A DNA stretch of 64,000 nucleotides from Sphingobacteriaceae bacterium (GCA_035303785.1 DATGRI010000020.1:12308-76307); one strand, 5' to 3'. Shown: positions 17,768-27,176, numbered from the stretch's first letter. Numbers and translations are program-made. Notes: generated by a model not told the origin, from the sequence alone.

Positions 17768-19480
17768 TTGCGCCGGTATGCCGATTTGGTGCGTCACGGG
17801 GGAAATGAGGCCTTGTTTCTGGCCGCCGAACTGTCGATACTGTCCACCCGGCTGGGCTGGCCTTTTCATATTCACGCCGAAGGGGTGCGGGGAACGGGAA
17901 AGACCAGCATCCTGCGCTCGGTCCGGGACGTGCTCCCGCGCATCAAGCGGATCAAAGGCTGCCTGTACAACTGCTCCCCCGGCAGGCCCCATTGCCCCCA
18001 CCATAAAGGCTTGTCGCCCCGGGAAATCCGCGCCATCGGCACCGAGTGGGTGCCCATGCCTTTTCTGGAAGTTTCCCATTCGGCCAAGCTGGGCACCGTG
18101 GTGGGCACCATCGACTTGAGCCGCATCACCCAGGGAGAGGCGCCCAGCGCCGTGCTCCTGCCGGGCACCTTGGCCAAGGCCCACCGGGGCATCGTCTTCA
18201 TCGACGAAATCAACCGCCTGGCCGATACGGCCCCCGAACTGGCCGACGTGCTGCTGGACGTCATGGGCACCCGGCCGGGGCGGCTGCAGATTGAGGAGTC
18301 GGGCCTAGCGCCGGTGGAACTGCCGGTGCAGGTGTCGGTTTGGGCCGCCTCCAACCCCGACGAGGAGCCGGGCCCCCTGGAGGACATCCGGCGGCAGCTG
18401 GCGGACCGCTTCGATTTCACCGTGCCCGTCAGCCGCCCCGATTCGCCGGCCCAGGTGAGGCGCATTTTGGACAGTATAGCCGGCGCCGGTCGCCTGGCGG
18501 GCGCCGGCCGCGGGGACCAAGACGGCCCGGGGGAGACCCGGCGCCTGCGGCGGCGGCGCATGGCCCTTTTGGCCCGGACGGGCCGGGCCTTGCCGGAGTT
18601 GGGCGGCAGTGAGCGGGACCTGCTGGCCCAACTGTACGTGCGCTACGATTTGGAAAGCCTCCGGGCGGTGGAAGCCTGGCAGTGGGCCGCCCGCATCGCT
18701 GCCCAGCGGGCCGGGCGTCGCCGGGTGGTCAGGTCCGACTTGCTGGCGGTGGCCACCTTAGTGCTGGGCCACCGGGTGGAAGCCCGGGTCCTGTCGGAAC
18801 TGCTGGCGGAGCTGGCGGGGACCCGGGGAGCCCCGGAGCAGATGCTGGTGGATTCCGCCGGCGGCCAGGTGCATGCCCCGCCGGATTCCGCGGCGGGTTC
18901 GGGCCAGGGGCAAGGGGGCCGGCCGGCGGGCGGTGCCGGCGATGATTTCAACCTGGACCGATACGGCGGTGGCAGCGGGTCTGCCCAGGCCGATTCCCGA
19001 TCATGGGGAACAGCCCCCGGCCGAGACCAGCCGGGCCGCGGTATGGGCGGCTTGGACGGCCCGGGCGGCCGGGCCATGCAGGCATCCGGCGGCTCCTTGC
19101 CGGGGCAAGGGGCGGGCCATCCCGACGGGGCGGCGAGGGCCGGCGCCAACGGCTGGCTGCAGCGGCTGCGGGCCTGGCTGGGCGATGGCTGGGATGATCC
19201 AACCGGCGGCCGGGCCGGTGACAATTCTGCCAAAACTCCGCCGGAGGGCAGCGGCCGGGAAGGCGGCAACGGCGCCGATTGGTCTGCCGGCCGCCCCGGA
19301 ACCGACGGCGGCGACGGGCGCCACGGCATCCCCGGCGTGGGGGGCGGCGATCCGGGCCTGATGCCGGCGCCTCCCCACCGGGCGACGGCCCTGCGGTTCA
19401 TGGCGCCCCATAAGGTTTACCGGCGCCTGATAGCCGCCAACCAATTCCCCGGCCATGCCGGGAGCGACGCCCGGCCATGA
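17768..19480 (+). CDS. ChlI/BchI-like AAA+ ATPase (Mg-chelatase subunit I family) with a ~200-aa Gly-rich low-complexity C-terminal tail
   Basis: Walker A is GVRGTGKTS and Walker B is GIVFIDEINRL. Also has ASNPDEEPGPL…RQLADRFDF, lid helices (LRAVEAWQWAARIAAQRAGRRRVVRSDLLAVATLVLGHR) and a Cys/His insert GCLYNCSPGRPHCPHH. TTG start is 6 nt after GAGGAGGG. Confidence 0.75.
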   Translation: MRRYADLVRHGGNEALFLAAELSILSTRLGWPFHIHAEGVRGTGKTSILRSVRDVLPRIKRIKGCLYNCSPGRPHCPHHKGLSPREIRAIGTEWVPMPFLEVSHSAKLGTVVGTIDLSRITQGEAPSAVLLPGTLAKAHRGIVFIDEINRLADTAPELADVLLDVMGTRPGRLQIEESGLAPVELPVQVSVWAASNPDEEPGPLEDIRRQLADRFDFTVPVSRPDSPAQVRRILDSIAGAGRLAGAGRGDQDGPGETRRLRRRRMALLARTGRALPELGGSERDLLAQLYVRYDLESLRAVEAWQWAARIAAQRAGRRRVVRSDLLAVATLVLGHRVEARVLSELLAELAGTRGAPEQMLVDSAGGQVHAPPDSAAGSGQGQGGRPAGGAGDDFNLDRYGGGSGSAQADSRSWGTAPGRDQPGRGMGGLDGPGGRAMQASGGSLPGQGAGHPDGAARAGANGWLQRLRAWLGDGWDDPTGGRAGDNSAKTPPEGSGREGGNGADWSAGRPGTDGGDGRHGIPGVGGGDPGLMPAPPHRATALRFMAPHKVYRRLIAANQFPGHAGSDARP

Positions 19481-21324
19481 ACCTTTCCCCGTCGGTGTCC
19501 AACTTGCTCCTGCGGCCCGCCTTTCCGGCTCTCCAGCAGTGGGGCTCCCTGGCCGTGGCTAGGGCCGCCATGGGCAAAGGGGTCCTCCTGGGCGAGACGA
19601 CGGTTTTCAGCACGTGCGTCCATCTCCTGAGCAGCCGGCAGCCGGGGTACGTCACCATCTTGTGCAACCACGACGCCGGCCAGGTGTTCTACGGCCGCTC
19701 CCAGCGAGGCCAGATCTATCACCTGGACATCTTTCATGAACTGGGGGACGTGGATCACCGGCGGGTGGCCCGCAGCCTGCTGACCGCCGTGGAGCGCTAC
19801 ACCCGGGAATTCAACGTGCGGGAGGAACTGCAGCACTTCATCGACATCCAGACGGGCACCGGCGGCGGGCGCATCACCGGCAGCCTCGATTACGGCACCC
19901 GGCCGTCCCTCCGGGCGGCCCACCGGCACCACATCCACGTGGCCTGCCTGGCCTGGCCCCGGCACAGCCCCCTGCTGTTCTACCTGGTGGCCGGCGCCGA
20001 AGCGGCCATCGTGGAGCAGGGGCTGGAACTGCGGAAAATCGACGGCCTCATCGAGAGCAGGGACGACGGGGCCGACGACATTCCCCTGGATGACTACTCG
20101 TCCACTTCCGACTCCTGGCTGCGGGGCAACGACGCCGGCGGAAGCGCCGGGGCCGGGCGGGGCAGGCGGGGAGAGGCGGCATCGGGCACCGGCTCGGAAC
20201 CGGCAGAACCCAGGCTGACGGATCCGGACGTGGCGGCCGCCGTGGTTCAAGGGGCCGGCCACCGGCACAAAGCCATTGAACTGGCCCAAAGCCTGGATTC
20301 CCCCACCCTGGCCGTGGAACTGCTGGAATTGCTGGCCAAAGGCGCCCGCCGGGGCGATGTGGAGCGGAAGATAGGCTCCCGGGTGGGCAGCGATGCCCTG
20401 GCGTCGGTGCTGCGACAGCTGGCTGCCGACGGCCACCTGCGCCACGAGGGCGGCTTCATGCACCTGACGGAGCAGGGCCGGGCCCTGCTGCATCATTTCC
20501 ACCGCTACCACCGGGAAATCCAGATGGCCTTGCGCCGGGCCATGCGCCGCATGACCCGCCAACACCTGACCCAGCCGGGCCGCAGCCCCCTGGCCGGGGA
20601 GGTCCGGGACACCCTGGGCGTCACCCGGCGACGGTCGGTGACGGCGCCGGAGCCGGGAGAGCCGCTCCAGGAACTGGCCTGGCCGGAAACGGTCATGGCC
20701 GCCGCGGCCCGACGGGGCCTTCCTTTTCAAGTGCAGGGAGAGGACCTGCGGGTGCGCCGGCGGGTGCGCCGCCGGCCGGTGGACATCTGCCTCCTGGTGG
20801 ACGCCAGCGCCTCCATGTGCGGTGAACGGATGCAGGCGGCCAAGACCCTGGCCCGGCATCTTCTCCTGAGCACCCGGGACAAGGTGGCGGTCATCGTCTT
20901 CCAGGAGCGCCAGGTACGGGTGACGGTACCCTTCACCCGCAGCGCCGCCCGGGTGGAGAAGGGGCTGGCCTCCATTCGGCCCTTCGGCCTGACGCCCCTG
21001 GCCACGGGGCTCCTCCACGCAGCCGCCTACATCCAGCAAAGCCGGCCCCGCAACCCAATGCTGATCCTCATCACCGACGGCATCCCTACGGTGCCCCACC
21101 TGGGCAAGAACCCCATGGAGGACGCCCTGGAGGCGGCAGCCCGGTGGCGCCAGTTGCGGGCTTCCTTCACCTGCATCGGCCTCCAGCCCAACGAACGCTA
21201 CCTGTCGGAACTGGTCCAGACGGCCGGGGGCAATTTGTACGTGGTGGCCGAGCTGGAAGCCGACACCTTGGTGGCCATCGCCACGTCCGAGCGGGAAAAG
21301 CTGACGGCAGCCGGCCGGCATTGA
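19477..21324 (+). CDS. von Willebrand factor A (vWA) domain protein with an uncharacterised His-rich N-terminal domain and a wHTH-like middle segment
   Basis: The ATG overlaps the ATPase TGA (ATGA). C-terminal vWA domain has MIDAS motif DICLLVDASASM…TPLATGL…LITDGIPT. N-terminal region contains YHLDIFHELGDVDH and AAHRHHIHVACL. Middle segment is LLELLAKGARRGDVERKIG…LRQLAADGHLRHEGGFMHLTEQGRALL. Confidence 0.7.
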   Translation: MNLSPSVSNLLLRPAFPALQQWGSLAVARAAMGKGVLLGETTVFSTCVHLLSSRQPGYVTILCNHDAGQVFYGRSQRGQIYHLDIFHELGDVDHRRVARSLLTAVERYTREFNVREELQHFIDIQTGTGGGRITGSLDYGTRPSLRAAHRHHIHVACLAWPRHSPLLFYLVAGAEAAIVEQGLELRKIDGLIESRDDGADDIPLDDYSSTSDSWLRGNDAGGSAGAGRGRRGEAASGTGSEPAEPRLTDPDVAAAVVQGAGHRHKAIELAQSLDSPTLAVELLELLAKGARRGDVERKIGSRVGSDALASVLRQLAADGHLRHEGGFMHLTEQGRALLHHFHRYHREIQMALRRAMRRMTRQHLTQPGRSPLAGEVRDTLGVTRRRSVTAPEPGEPLQELAWPETVMAAAARRGLPFQVQGEDLRVRRRVRRRPVDICLLVDASASMCGERMQAAKTLARHLLLSTRDKVAVIVFQERQVRVTVPFTRSAARVEKGLASIRPFGLTPLATGLLHAAAYIQQSRPRNPMLILITDGIPTVPHLGKNPMEDALEAAARWRQLRASFTCIGLQPNERYLSELVQTAGGNLYVVAELEADTLVAIATSEREKLTAAGRH

Positions 21325-21376
21325 CTGATCCATTAAGAGCCGGTTCTTGCCGATGAACAAGAATTCACCTATCGGA

Positions 21377-21600
21377 AAGGGCTCTGATGTTTGCAAAGGT
21401 TGAGTATCTGTTCGCCAGCACCGGCCGGGAGGCGCCGGCGGGCGCAAGAACCGGAGGATGATGAAGCAAAGATTGCGGTTCAGGCTCGTTCCAGGGCAAA
21501 TTAGCCAGCAAAATCTGGCCCCCTACGACCCAAAAACGCAAAATCCCACCCTATAGGCTCAAGAAACATCCATATCAATTTTGCGCAACGGCTCCCTGGT
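21377..21600 (+). repeat. Copy A of a ~230-bp dispersed, diverged low-GC repeat
   Basis: Collinear blocks are shared with 53830-54060: aaagggctctgatgtttgcaaaggttgagta / aaagggcctggatgttgccagaatttgagtt; accggccgggaggcgcc / accggccaaggtggcct; and cccaaaaacgcaaaatcccaccctataggctcaagaaaca / accaaaaacgcaaatgctgacactataggctcaaagaaga. Stem cgcaaaat…attttgcg encloses ctataggctcaa. Confidence 0.5.
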
Positions 21601-21677
21601 GCCGTCCCTGCGTAGGAATTACCCGTCTCCATGGGGAATGAATGGACCTGTGCCCAGAAAAAAGGGGGAGGCGGGCC

Positions 21678-22160
21678 ATGTTACGTTTGCTGCTGGTGGC
21701 CGTCCTGATCATCCTCATCGTGATCCTGGCCGTGCAGAACGTTACCCCCGCGGAAGTGCGCTTTTTGCAGTTCGCTTATGAGATGCCCCTGGCCTTCGTG
21801 ATCACCGGCGCCGCTGTGGTGGGGGCCCTGCCTGTGCTCCTGCTGGCGGTAGTGCGGCAGGTTTCCCTGGGCCGCCAGCTGCGGCAGCAGCAGGCCCGGG
21901 CCGACGGGCTGCAGGCTCAAATTAAGGAAATGGAAGAGCGGGAGAAGGAATTGCGCGCCCAACTCCATCGTTTGGAGGAGCGCCTGGCGGCCCAGCCGCC
22001 TCAGACCCCGGCGGAGCAGGCAGGCCAGACGGCCCAGCAGGCCCAGCAGGCCCAGGCGACCCAGCAGAGCGCCGAGGCCCCAGGGGCGGCTCCAGGTCCA
22101 GGGGCCGGCCAAGCCCCGGAGGCTTCCCAAGAGGGTGACGGGGAGCCGGGACCGGCGTGA
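21678..22160 (+). CDS. LapA/DUF1049-like membrane protein with a coiled-coil, Gln/Ala-rich tail
   Basis: Starts MLRLLLVAVLIILIVILAVQNVTPAEVRFLQFAYEMPLAFVI, followed by a heptad-like REKELRAQLHRLEERL segment. The ATG follows GGGGGAGG. Confidence 0.55.
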   Translation: MLRLLLVAVLIILIVILAVQNVTPAEVRFLQFAYEMPLAFVITGAAVVGALPVLLLAVVRQVSLGRQLRQQQARADGLQAQIKEMEEREKELRAQLHRLEERLAAQPPQTPAEQAGQTAQQAQQAQATQQSAEAPGAAPGPGAGQAPEASQEGDGEPGPA

Positions 22161-24283
22161 GTTCCTTCCCGTGGCCCATACGCCCGCTGGAGCCGGCCCG
22201 GGGTGACCGGCTGGCCCAAAGCTTGGACCTGCACCCGGCGGCAGGCGCCGTGCTGGCCGCCCGGGGCTTTGACGCCGACAGCGCCCGGGCGTTCTTGGAA
22301 CCCCGCTTGGAATATCTCCACGACCCCATGGCCATGGCGGGCATGGAGCAGGCCGCCCGCCGCCTCCTGGCCGCCGCCCGCCAAGGCGAGCCCATCCTGG
22401 TTTACGGCGACTACGATGTGGACGGCATCTGCGGCACCTTGCTGCTGAAGGGAGCCCTCACGGCACTCGGCGCCCGGGTCTCCCACTACCTGCCCCACCG
22501 GCTGGGTGACGGCTACGGCCTGCATGCCCAGGTGCTGGCGAGGGCCGCCGCCCAGGGGGTGCGGGTGGTGGTGACCGTGGACACGGGCATCACCGCCGTG
22601 GAGGCGGCCCAAGGGGCCGCCGGGCTGGGGCTGGACCTCATCATCACCGACCATCACGCTCTGCCGGCCCAGTTGCCGGAAGCCATCATCGTCCATCCCC
22701 TTTTGAACGACGGCTATCCCTATCCCCACCTGGCCGGCGGGGGAGTGGCCTTCAAGCTGGTCCAGGCCCTGGCCCAATTGGCCGGCGAGGCTTCGTCCTT
22801 TTGGGAAGCCGGCCTGGACCTGGCCGCCTTGGCCACCATCGCCGACATGGTGCCCTTGACGGGTGAAAACCGGGTTTTGACCTATTTCGGCATGGAGCGC
22901 ATGCGGCGGCGGCCCCGCCCCGGGCTGGCCGCCCTGCTGCGGCGGGCCCGCATCCAGGCCCGCACCTTGAGCGCCTGGGAGGTGGCCTTTCAACTGGCGC
23001 CCCGCCTCAATGCGGCGGGCCGCCTGGAGCACGCCGATCTGGCTTTGAACCTGCTGGCCGCCCATGAAGGCCAAGGCGATCCTCTTGCCGGAGAACTGGA
23101 AACCGTCAACCTGCGGCGCCGGTCCCTCCAGGATGCCGTGGAACGGGCCGTGCGGGACCAGGTGGCCCGGGCAGGTCCGCCCACGGAGCCCGTCCTGGCG
23201 GGCGACCCGGAATGGCACCGGGGTGTCCTGGGGGTGGTGGCGGGGCGCCTGGCCGACCAGTGGCAGGTGCCCGTTCTGCTGGCCCAGATTGAAGATGGGC
23301 TGTGGCAGGGCTCGGCCCGCAGCATCCCCGGCTTCGACATCGCCGCGGCCTTGGCTGAGGCAGGCCACCTGCTGCTGAAGCACGGCGGCCACGCCCAGGC
23401 GGCGGGCTTCACGGCCGAGGCTGCCCACATCCCTGCCTTGCGCCGGGCGCTGGCCGAGGCCTTCGCCGCCGCCCGGGAGCATATCCCGCGGGAGACGGCG
23501 GTGGCCGACGCCTATGTGGACCCGGCCTTCATCGACCGGCGGCTGGCCCTGGACTTGGCCCGGCTGGAGCCGTGGGGCGCCGGCAACCCGCCGCCCTTGC
23601 TGGCCAGCCGGCTGGAGGTAATGGAGGCCCGCACCGTCGGCGACGGTGACGCCCATCTGAAGTTGACCCTGGCCCCAGGGGTGAAAGCCATAGCCTTCGG
23701 CCAGGGCCACCGCCTGGCAGCGGTGCTGGGCGCCGGGGCCATAACCGCCCTCCACACCCCCGTCATGGACTACTTCAATGACCGGGAGCGCCTGCAACTG
23801 CGCATCGAGGAACTGGTGCTGGAGCGGCCGCGGGTGGTGGTCAACACCGCCGGCCCTACAGCCCCGCAGCCAGAACCGGCAGCGCCGGCAGCGATGGCAG
23901 TGCCGCCGGCGCCGGCAGCCCAGGCAGCTCCCAGGCCGATGGCTCCTAATGTTTCCCTGGACCGGTCCCTGCTGGCCGGCCTGTACCGCCTGCTGCGCTC
24001 CCTGGCCGGGGAGGCCGGCGGCTCCTTCACCTGGGAAGGGCTGTGCGCCGCCCTGGGCCGCAACGCCGCCCCGGGCAGAACCGGTTCAGCGACGGCCCGG
24101 GACCAAGCCGCCCTGGGCATTCAAGTTTTTCTGGAACTGGGCCTGCTTCAGCCCGTGCCCGGCGCCGGGCCCGACTGCTGGCAGCTTCAGGATACCGGCG
24201 GCAGCCAGGTCCAGTTGACCGACAGCCCCACCTTCCGCCGGTTTGCGGCGCCGGCCCCGCCCCGGGCCGCCGGCCAGTCCTAG
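22157..24283 (+). CDS. recJ: Single-stranded-DNA-specific exonuclease RecJ
   Basis: DHH motifs are ILVYGDYDVDGICG, VVTVDTGI and LIITDHH. DHHA1 motif is GGHAQAAGF. GTGA overlap with the upstream gene. Confidence 0.85.
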   Translation: MSSFPWPIRPLEPARGDRLAQSLDLHPAAGAVLAARGFDADSARAFLEPRLEYLHDPMAMAGMEQAARRLLAAARQGEPILVYGDYDVDGICGTLLLKGALTALGARVSHYLPHRLGDGYGLHAQVLARAAAQGVRVVVTVDTGITAVEAAQGAAGLGLDLIITDHHALPAQLPEAIIVHPLLNDGYPYPHLAGGGVAFKLVQALAQLAGEASSFWEAGLDLAALATIADMVPLTGENRVLTYFGMERMRRRPRPGLAALLRRARIQARTLSAWEVAFQLAPRLNAAGRLEHADLALNLLAAHEGQGDPLAGELETVNLRRRSLQDAVERAVRDQVARAGPPTEPVLAGDPEWHRGVLGVVAGRLADQWQVPVLLAQIEDGLWQGSARSIPGFDIAAALAEAGHLLLKHGGHAQAAGFTAEAAHIPALRRALAEAFAAAREHIPRETAVADAYVDPAFIDRRLALDLARLEPWGAGNPPPLLASRLEVMEARTVGDGDAHLKLTLAPGVKAIAFGQGHRLAAVLGAGAITALHTPVMDYFNDRERLQLRIEELVLERPRVVVNTAGPTAPQPEPAAPAAMAVPPAPAAQAAPRPMAPNVSLDRSLLAGLYRLLRSLAGEAGGSFTWEGLCAALGRNAAPGRTGSATARDQAALGIQVFLELGLLQPVPGAGPDCWQLQDTGGSQVQLTDSPTFRRFAAPAPPRAAGQS

Positions 24284-24289
24284 CCGCCC

Positions 24290-24322
24290 CAAACCTAACC
24301 ACTATAAGGGCTGTGCTATAAT
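24290..24322 (+). promoter_or_regulatory. Putative extended -10 promoter upstream of relA
   Basis: TGcTATAAT lies at 24314-24322. The -35 is poor (ctaacc). The site sits in an AT-rich gap 44 nt upstream of the relA ATG. Confidence 0.35.
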
Positions 24323-24365
24323 TTTTAAAGTCATCATTTCCTTTTCCCGAAAGGAGGGCAGCGCC

Positions 24366-26579
24366 ATGGCCGCCGATGTCGTGCTGGACGAAGCTTCCTG
24401 CCGCGATCAAGTGGAAGCCATCAAAGCCCGGGTGAAGAAGAGCCGGCCCGATGCTTCCGTGGACTTCATCGAAAAAGCCTATCAGGTGGCCTTGGCTGCC
24501 CATCACGGCCAGGTGCGGGCCTCGGGGCGCCCGTACATCGAGCACCCCGTGGCCGTGGCCGCCATTTTGGCCGAGATGGAGCTGGACGCCACGTCCATCG
24601 CCGCCGCCCTCCTCCATGATGTGGTGGAAGACACCGGCGTCCCCTTGTCGGACATCGAGGAAAACTTCGGCGCCGAGACGGCCCTCCTGGTGGACGGCGT
24701 CACCAAGCTGGGGCGCATCAAATACGAGAGCCGGGTGGAAGCCCAGGCGGAAAATCTCCGCAAGATGTTCCTGGCCATGGCCAAGGACATCCGGGTCATC
24801 TTGATCCGCCTGGCCGACCGCCTCCATAACATGCGCACCTTGGAGTACCTGCGGCCCGAAAAGCGGGAGCGGGTGGCCCGGGAGACCCTGGAGATCTACG
24901 CGCCCATCGCCCACCGGCTGGGCATCTCCACCATCCAATGGGAACTGGAAGATCTGGCCCTGAAATACCTTGAGCCCGAGCGCTACCGGGAGCTGGCCCG
25001 CCAGATCCCCCAGCAGCGCCGGGAGCGGGAGCGCTACACCAACGAGGTCATCGACGAACTGCGGAAGCACCTGGCCGAACTGGGCATCAAGGCCGACATC
25101 CAAGGCCGGGCCAAGCACCTGTACAGCATCTACCGCAAGGTCTACATGCGGGGCCGGGACCTGTCGGAGATCTACGACCTGATCGCCGTCCGGGTCATCG
25201 TGGATTCCCTGCGGGACTGCTACGCCGTGCTGGGCGCCGTCCACACCATGTGGCGGCCTTTGCCGGGCCGGTTCAAGGACTACATCGCCACGCCCAAGTC
25301 CAACATGTACCAGTCCCTGCACACCACGGTCATCGGCCCCCGGGGCGCGCCCTTCGAGGTGCAGATCCGCACTTGGGACATGCACCGCACGGCGGAGTAC
25401 GGCATCGCCGCCCACTGGCGCTATAAGGAAGGCGGCCGGTCCGACCCCAACCTGGACGCCAAGCTCACCTGGCTGCGGGAGATCCTGGAGTGGCAGTCGG
25501 ACCTGAAGGACGCCGGCGAATTCATGGACAGCCTGAAGCTGGACGTGTTCGCCGATGAGGTGTTCGTGTTCACCCCCAAGGGGGACATCATCGCCCTGCC
25601 CGCCGGGGCCACGCCCATCGACTTCGCCTACCGCATCCATACCGAGGTGGGCCACCGGTGCGTGGGGGCCAAGATCAACGGCAAGATCGTCCCCCTGGAA
25701 ACCAAGCTGGCCAACGGCGACATCGTGGAGATCCTCACCAACAACCAGAGTGCCGGGCCCAGCTCCGACTGGCTGAAGATCGTCAAGACCAGCACCGCCA
25801 AGAACCGCATCCGCCAGTTCTTGAAGCGGCAGCGCCGGGAAGAGAACCTGGCCCGGGGCAAGGAAATCATCGAACGGGAACTGAAGGCCTTCCGCCTTAC
25901 CTTCCAGGACGTGTGGGTGGACCAATGGGTGGCGGAAGTGGCGGAGAAATACCAAATCAGCGATCCCGAGGAACTGCTGGTGGCCATCGGCTACGGCGGC
26001 ATCAGCGGCCCCCAGGTGGCGTCCCGGCTGCGGGATGTGTACCGCCGGGAAGTGGGCGAGACCGACGTCTACGACATTGAAGAACTGGTGCGGCACAGCA
26101 AGGTCAAGCCCGCCTCCAGCACCGAGGGGGTCCACGTCAAGGGCATCGACAACGTGCTGGTGCGCCTGTCCCGCTGCTGCAACCCGGTGCCCGGCGACCC
26201 CATCGTGGGGTACATCACCCGGGGGCGGGGCGTGTCCATCCACCACCGCAACTGCGCCAACCTGCGCCATCTCATCCAGGCGGAAGGGCCGGCCAGGGCG
26301 GTGGAAGTGTCGTGGGACCGGATGGAAGTGGCCCAGTACCCCGTCAAGGTGATGATCCAAGCCTTGGACCGGCCGGGGCTGCTGAGCGACGTGGCCCGGG
26401 CGGTGGCCGAGACCCGCACCAACATCCAGCTGGCCCGGGCCCGCAGCTGCCGGGACGGCCGGGCCGAGATCGACTTGATCATGGAGATTAAGAGCCTGGA
26501 GCACTTCGAATTCCTGCGCCGGCGCATCGAGAGCATTCGCGATATCCTCAGCGTGGAGCGGGTGCACCCGCAGCAGTAG
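24366..26579 (+). CDS. relA: Bifunctional (p)ppGpp synthetase/hydrolase (RelA/SpoT homologue)
   Basis: HD domain (RASGRPYIEHPVAVA…LLHDVVEDT), synthetase region (RAKHLYSIYRKV…DYIATPKSNMYQSLHTT), and TGS and ACT regions. The ATG follows AAAGGAGGG. Confidence 0.9.
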   Translation: MAADVVLDEASCRDQVEAIKARVKKSRPDASVDFIEKAYQVALAAHHGQVRASGRPYIEHPVAVAAILAEMELDATSIAAALLHDVVEDTGVPLSDIEENFGAETALLVDGVTKLGRIKYESRVEAQAENLRKMFLAMAKDIRVILIRLADRLHNMRTLEYLRPEKRERVARETLEIYAPIAHRLGISTIQWELEDLALKYLEPERYRELARQIPQQRRERERYTNEVIDELRKHLAELGIKADIQGRAKHLYSIYRKVYMRGRDLSEIYDLIAVRVIVDSLRDCYAVLGAVHTMWRPLPGRFKDYIATPKSNMYQSLHTTVIGPRGAPFEVQIRTWDMHRTAEYGIAAHWRYKEGGRSDPNLDAKLTWLREILEWQSDLKDAGEFMDSLKLDVFADEVFVFTPKGDIIALPAGATPIDFAYRIHTEVGHRCVGAKINGKIVPLETKLANGDIVEILTNNQSAGPSSDWLKIVKTSTAKNRIRQFLKRQRREENLARGKEIIERELKAFRLTFQDVWVDQWVAEVAEKYQISDPEELLVAIGYGGISGPQVASRLRDVYRREVGETDVYDIEELVRHSKVKPASSTEGVHVKGIDNVLVRLSRCCNPVPGDPIVGYITRGRGVSIHHRNCANLRHLIQAEGPARAVEVSWDRMEVAQYPVKVMIQALDRPGLLSDVARAVAETRTNIQLARARSCRDGRAEIDLIMEIKSLEHFEFLRRRIESIRDILSVERVHPQQ

Positions 26580-26591
26580 AGGAGGGGGCCT

Positions 26592-27044
26592 GTGCGGGCG
26601 CTGGTCCAGCGGGTCCGCCGGGGTTCCGTGACGGTGGACGGCCGCCGGGTGGCGGCCATCGGCAATGGATTGGTCGTATTGGTCGGCATCGGCAGGGAAG
26701 ACGAACCCGCCGATGCCGAATATTTGGCCGGCAAAGTGGCCCACCTGCGGCTGTTCCCCGACGAGGAGGGCCGCATGAACCGGTCGGTGCTGGACGTGGG
26801 GGGCGAGGTGCTGGCCGTCTCCCAGTTCACCTTGTACGCCGACACCCGCCGGGGCCGGCGGCCCAGCTTCGTGGACGCGGCGCCGCCGGAGCAGGCGGAG
26901 CCCTTGTACCAGCATTTCGTCCAATGCCTGCGGGACCTGGGCCTGCCCGTGGCCACGGGCCGCTTCCAAGCCCATATGATCGTGGAAATCCATAACGACG
27001 GCCCCGTCACCCTCATGGTGGAGAGCCCCCGTTCCGGCGGTTGA
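26592..27044 (+). CDS. dtd: D-aminoacyl-tRNA deacylase
   Basis: Starts MRALVQRV, with SQFTLYAD and GPVT motifs. 150 aa. Confidence 0.9.
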   Translation: MRALVQRVRRGSVTVDGRRVAAIGNGLVVLVGIGREDEPADAEYLAGKVAHLRLFPDEEGRMNRSVLDVGGEVLAVSQFTLYADTRRGRRPSFVDAAPPEQAEPLYQHFVQCLRDLGLPVATGRFQAHMIVEIHNDGPVTLMVESPRSGG

Positions 27045-27046
27045 AG

Positions 27047-27086
27047 GGCCGGGCCCTGAAGGATTCAGGCCCCGAAGGGCCCGGCC
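27047..27086 (+). other. Perfect 11-bp GC stem hairpin after dtd with no U-tract
   Basis: ggccgggccct (27047-27057) pairs with agggcccggcc (27076-27086). Its function (terminator, processing or stabiliser) is not assignable. Confidence 0.3.
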
Positions 27087-27176
27087 GCCCATGGGAGAAG
27101 GGCCTTTTGTTGTCCCCGGCGCCGGCCGGGTGATAGCATATGAGTTGTTTCCAAACCTCCGGGAGGTGCCGGTTCG

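Noticed and set aside
21551-21556. In-frame TAG conserved in repeat copies A (21554) and B (54009), with similar residues on both sides (PKTQ..TL-TAG-AQ): possible recoding or pyrrolysine
   Set aside because: The conservation is at nucleotide level within a repeated element (ctataggctcaa sits in a hairpin loop). Copy A is frame-broken upstream, and there is no pyl context, so a stop codon or non-coding sequence is the simpler reading.
27045-27176. T-box leader upstream of hisS/aspS
   Set aside because: The gap is only 132 nt and has no GGGTGGTACCGCG-like T-box sequence. Only a GC hairpin is present.
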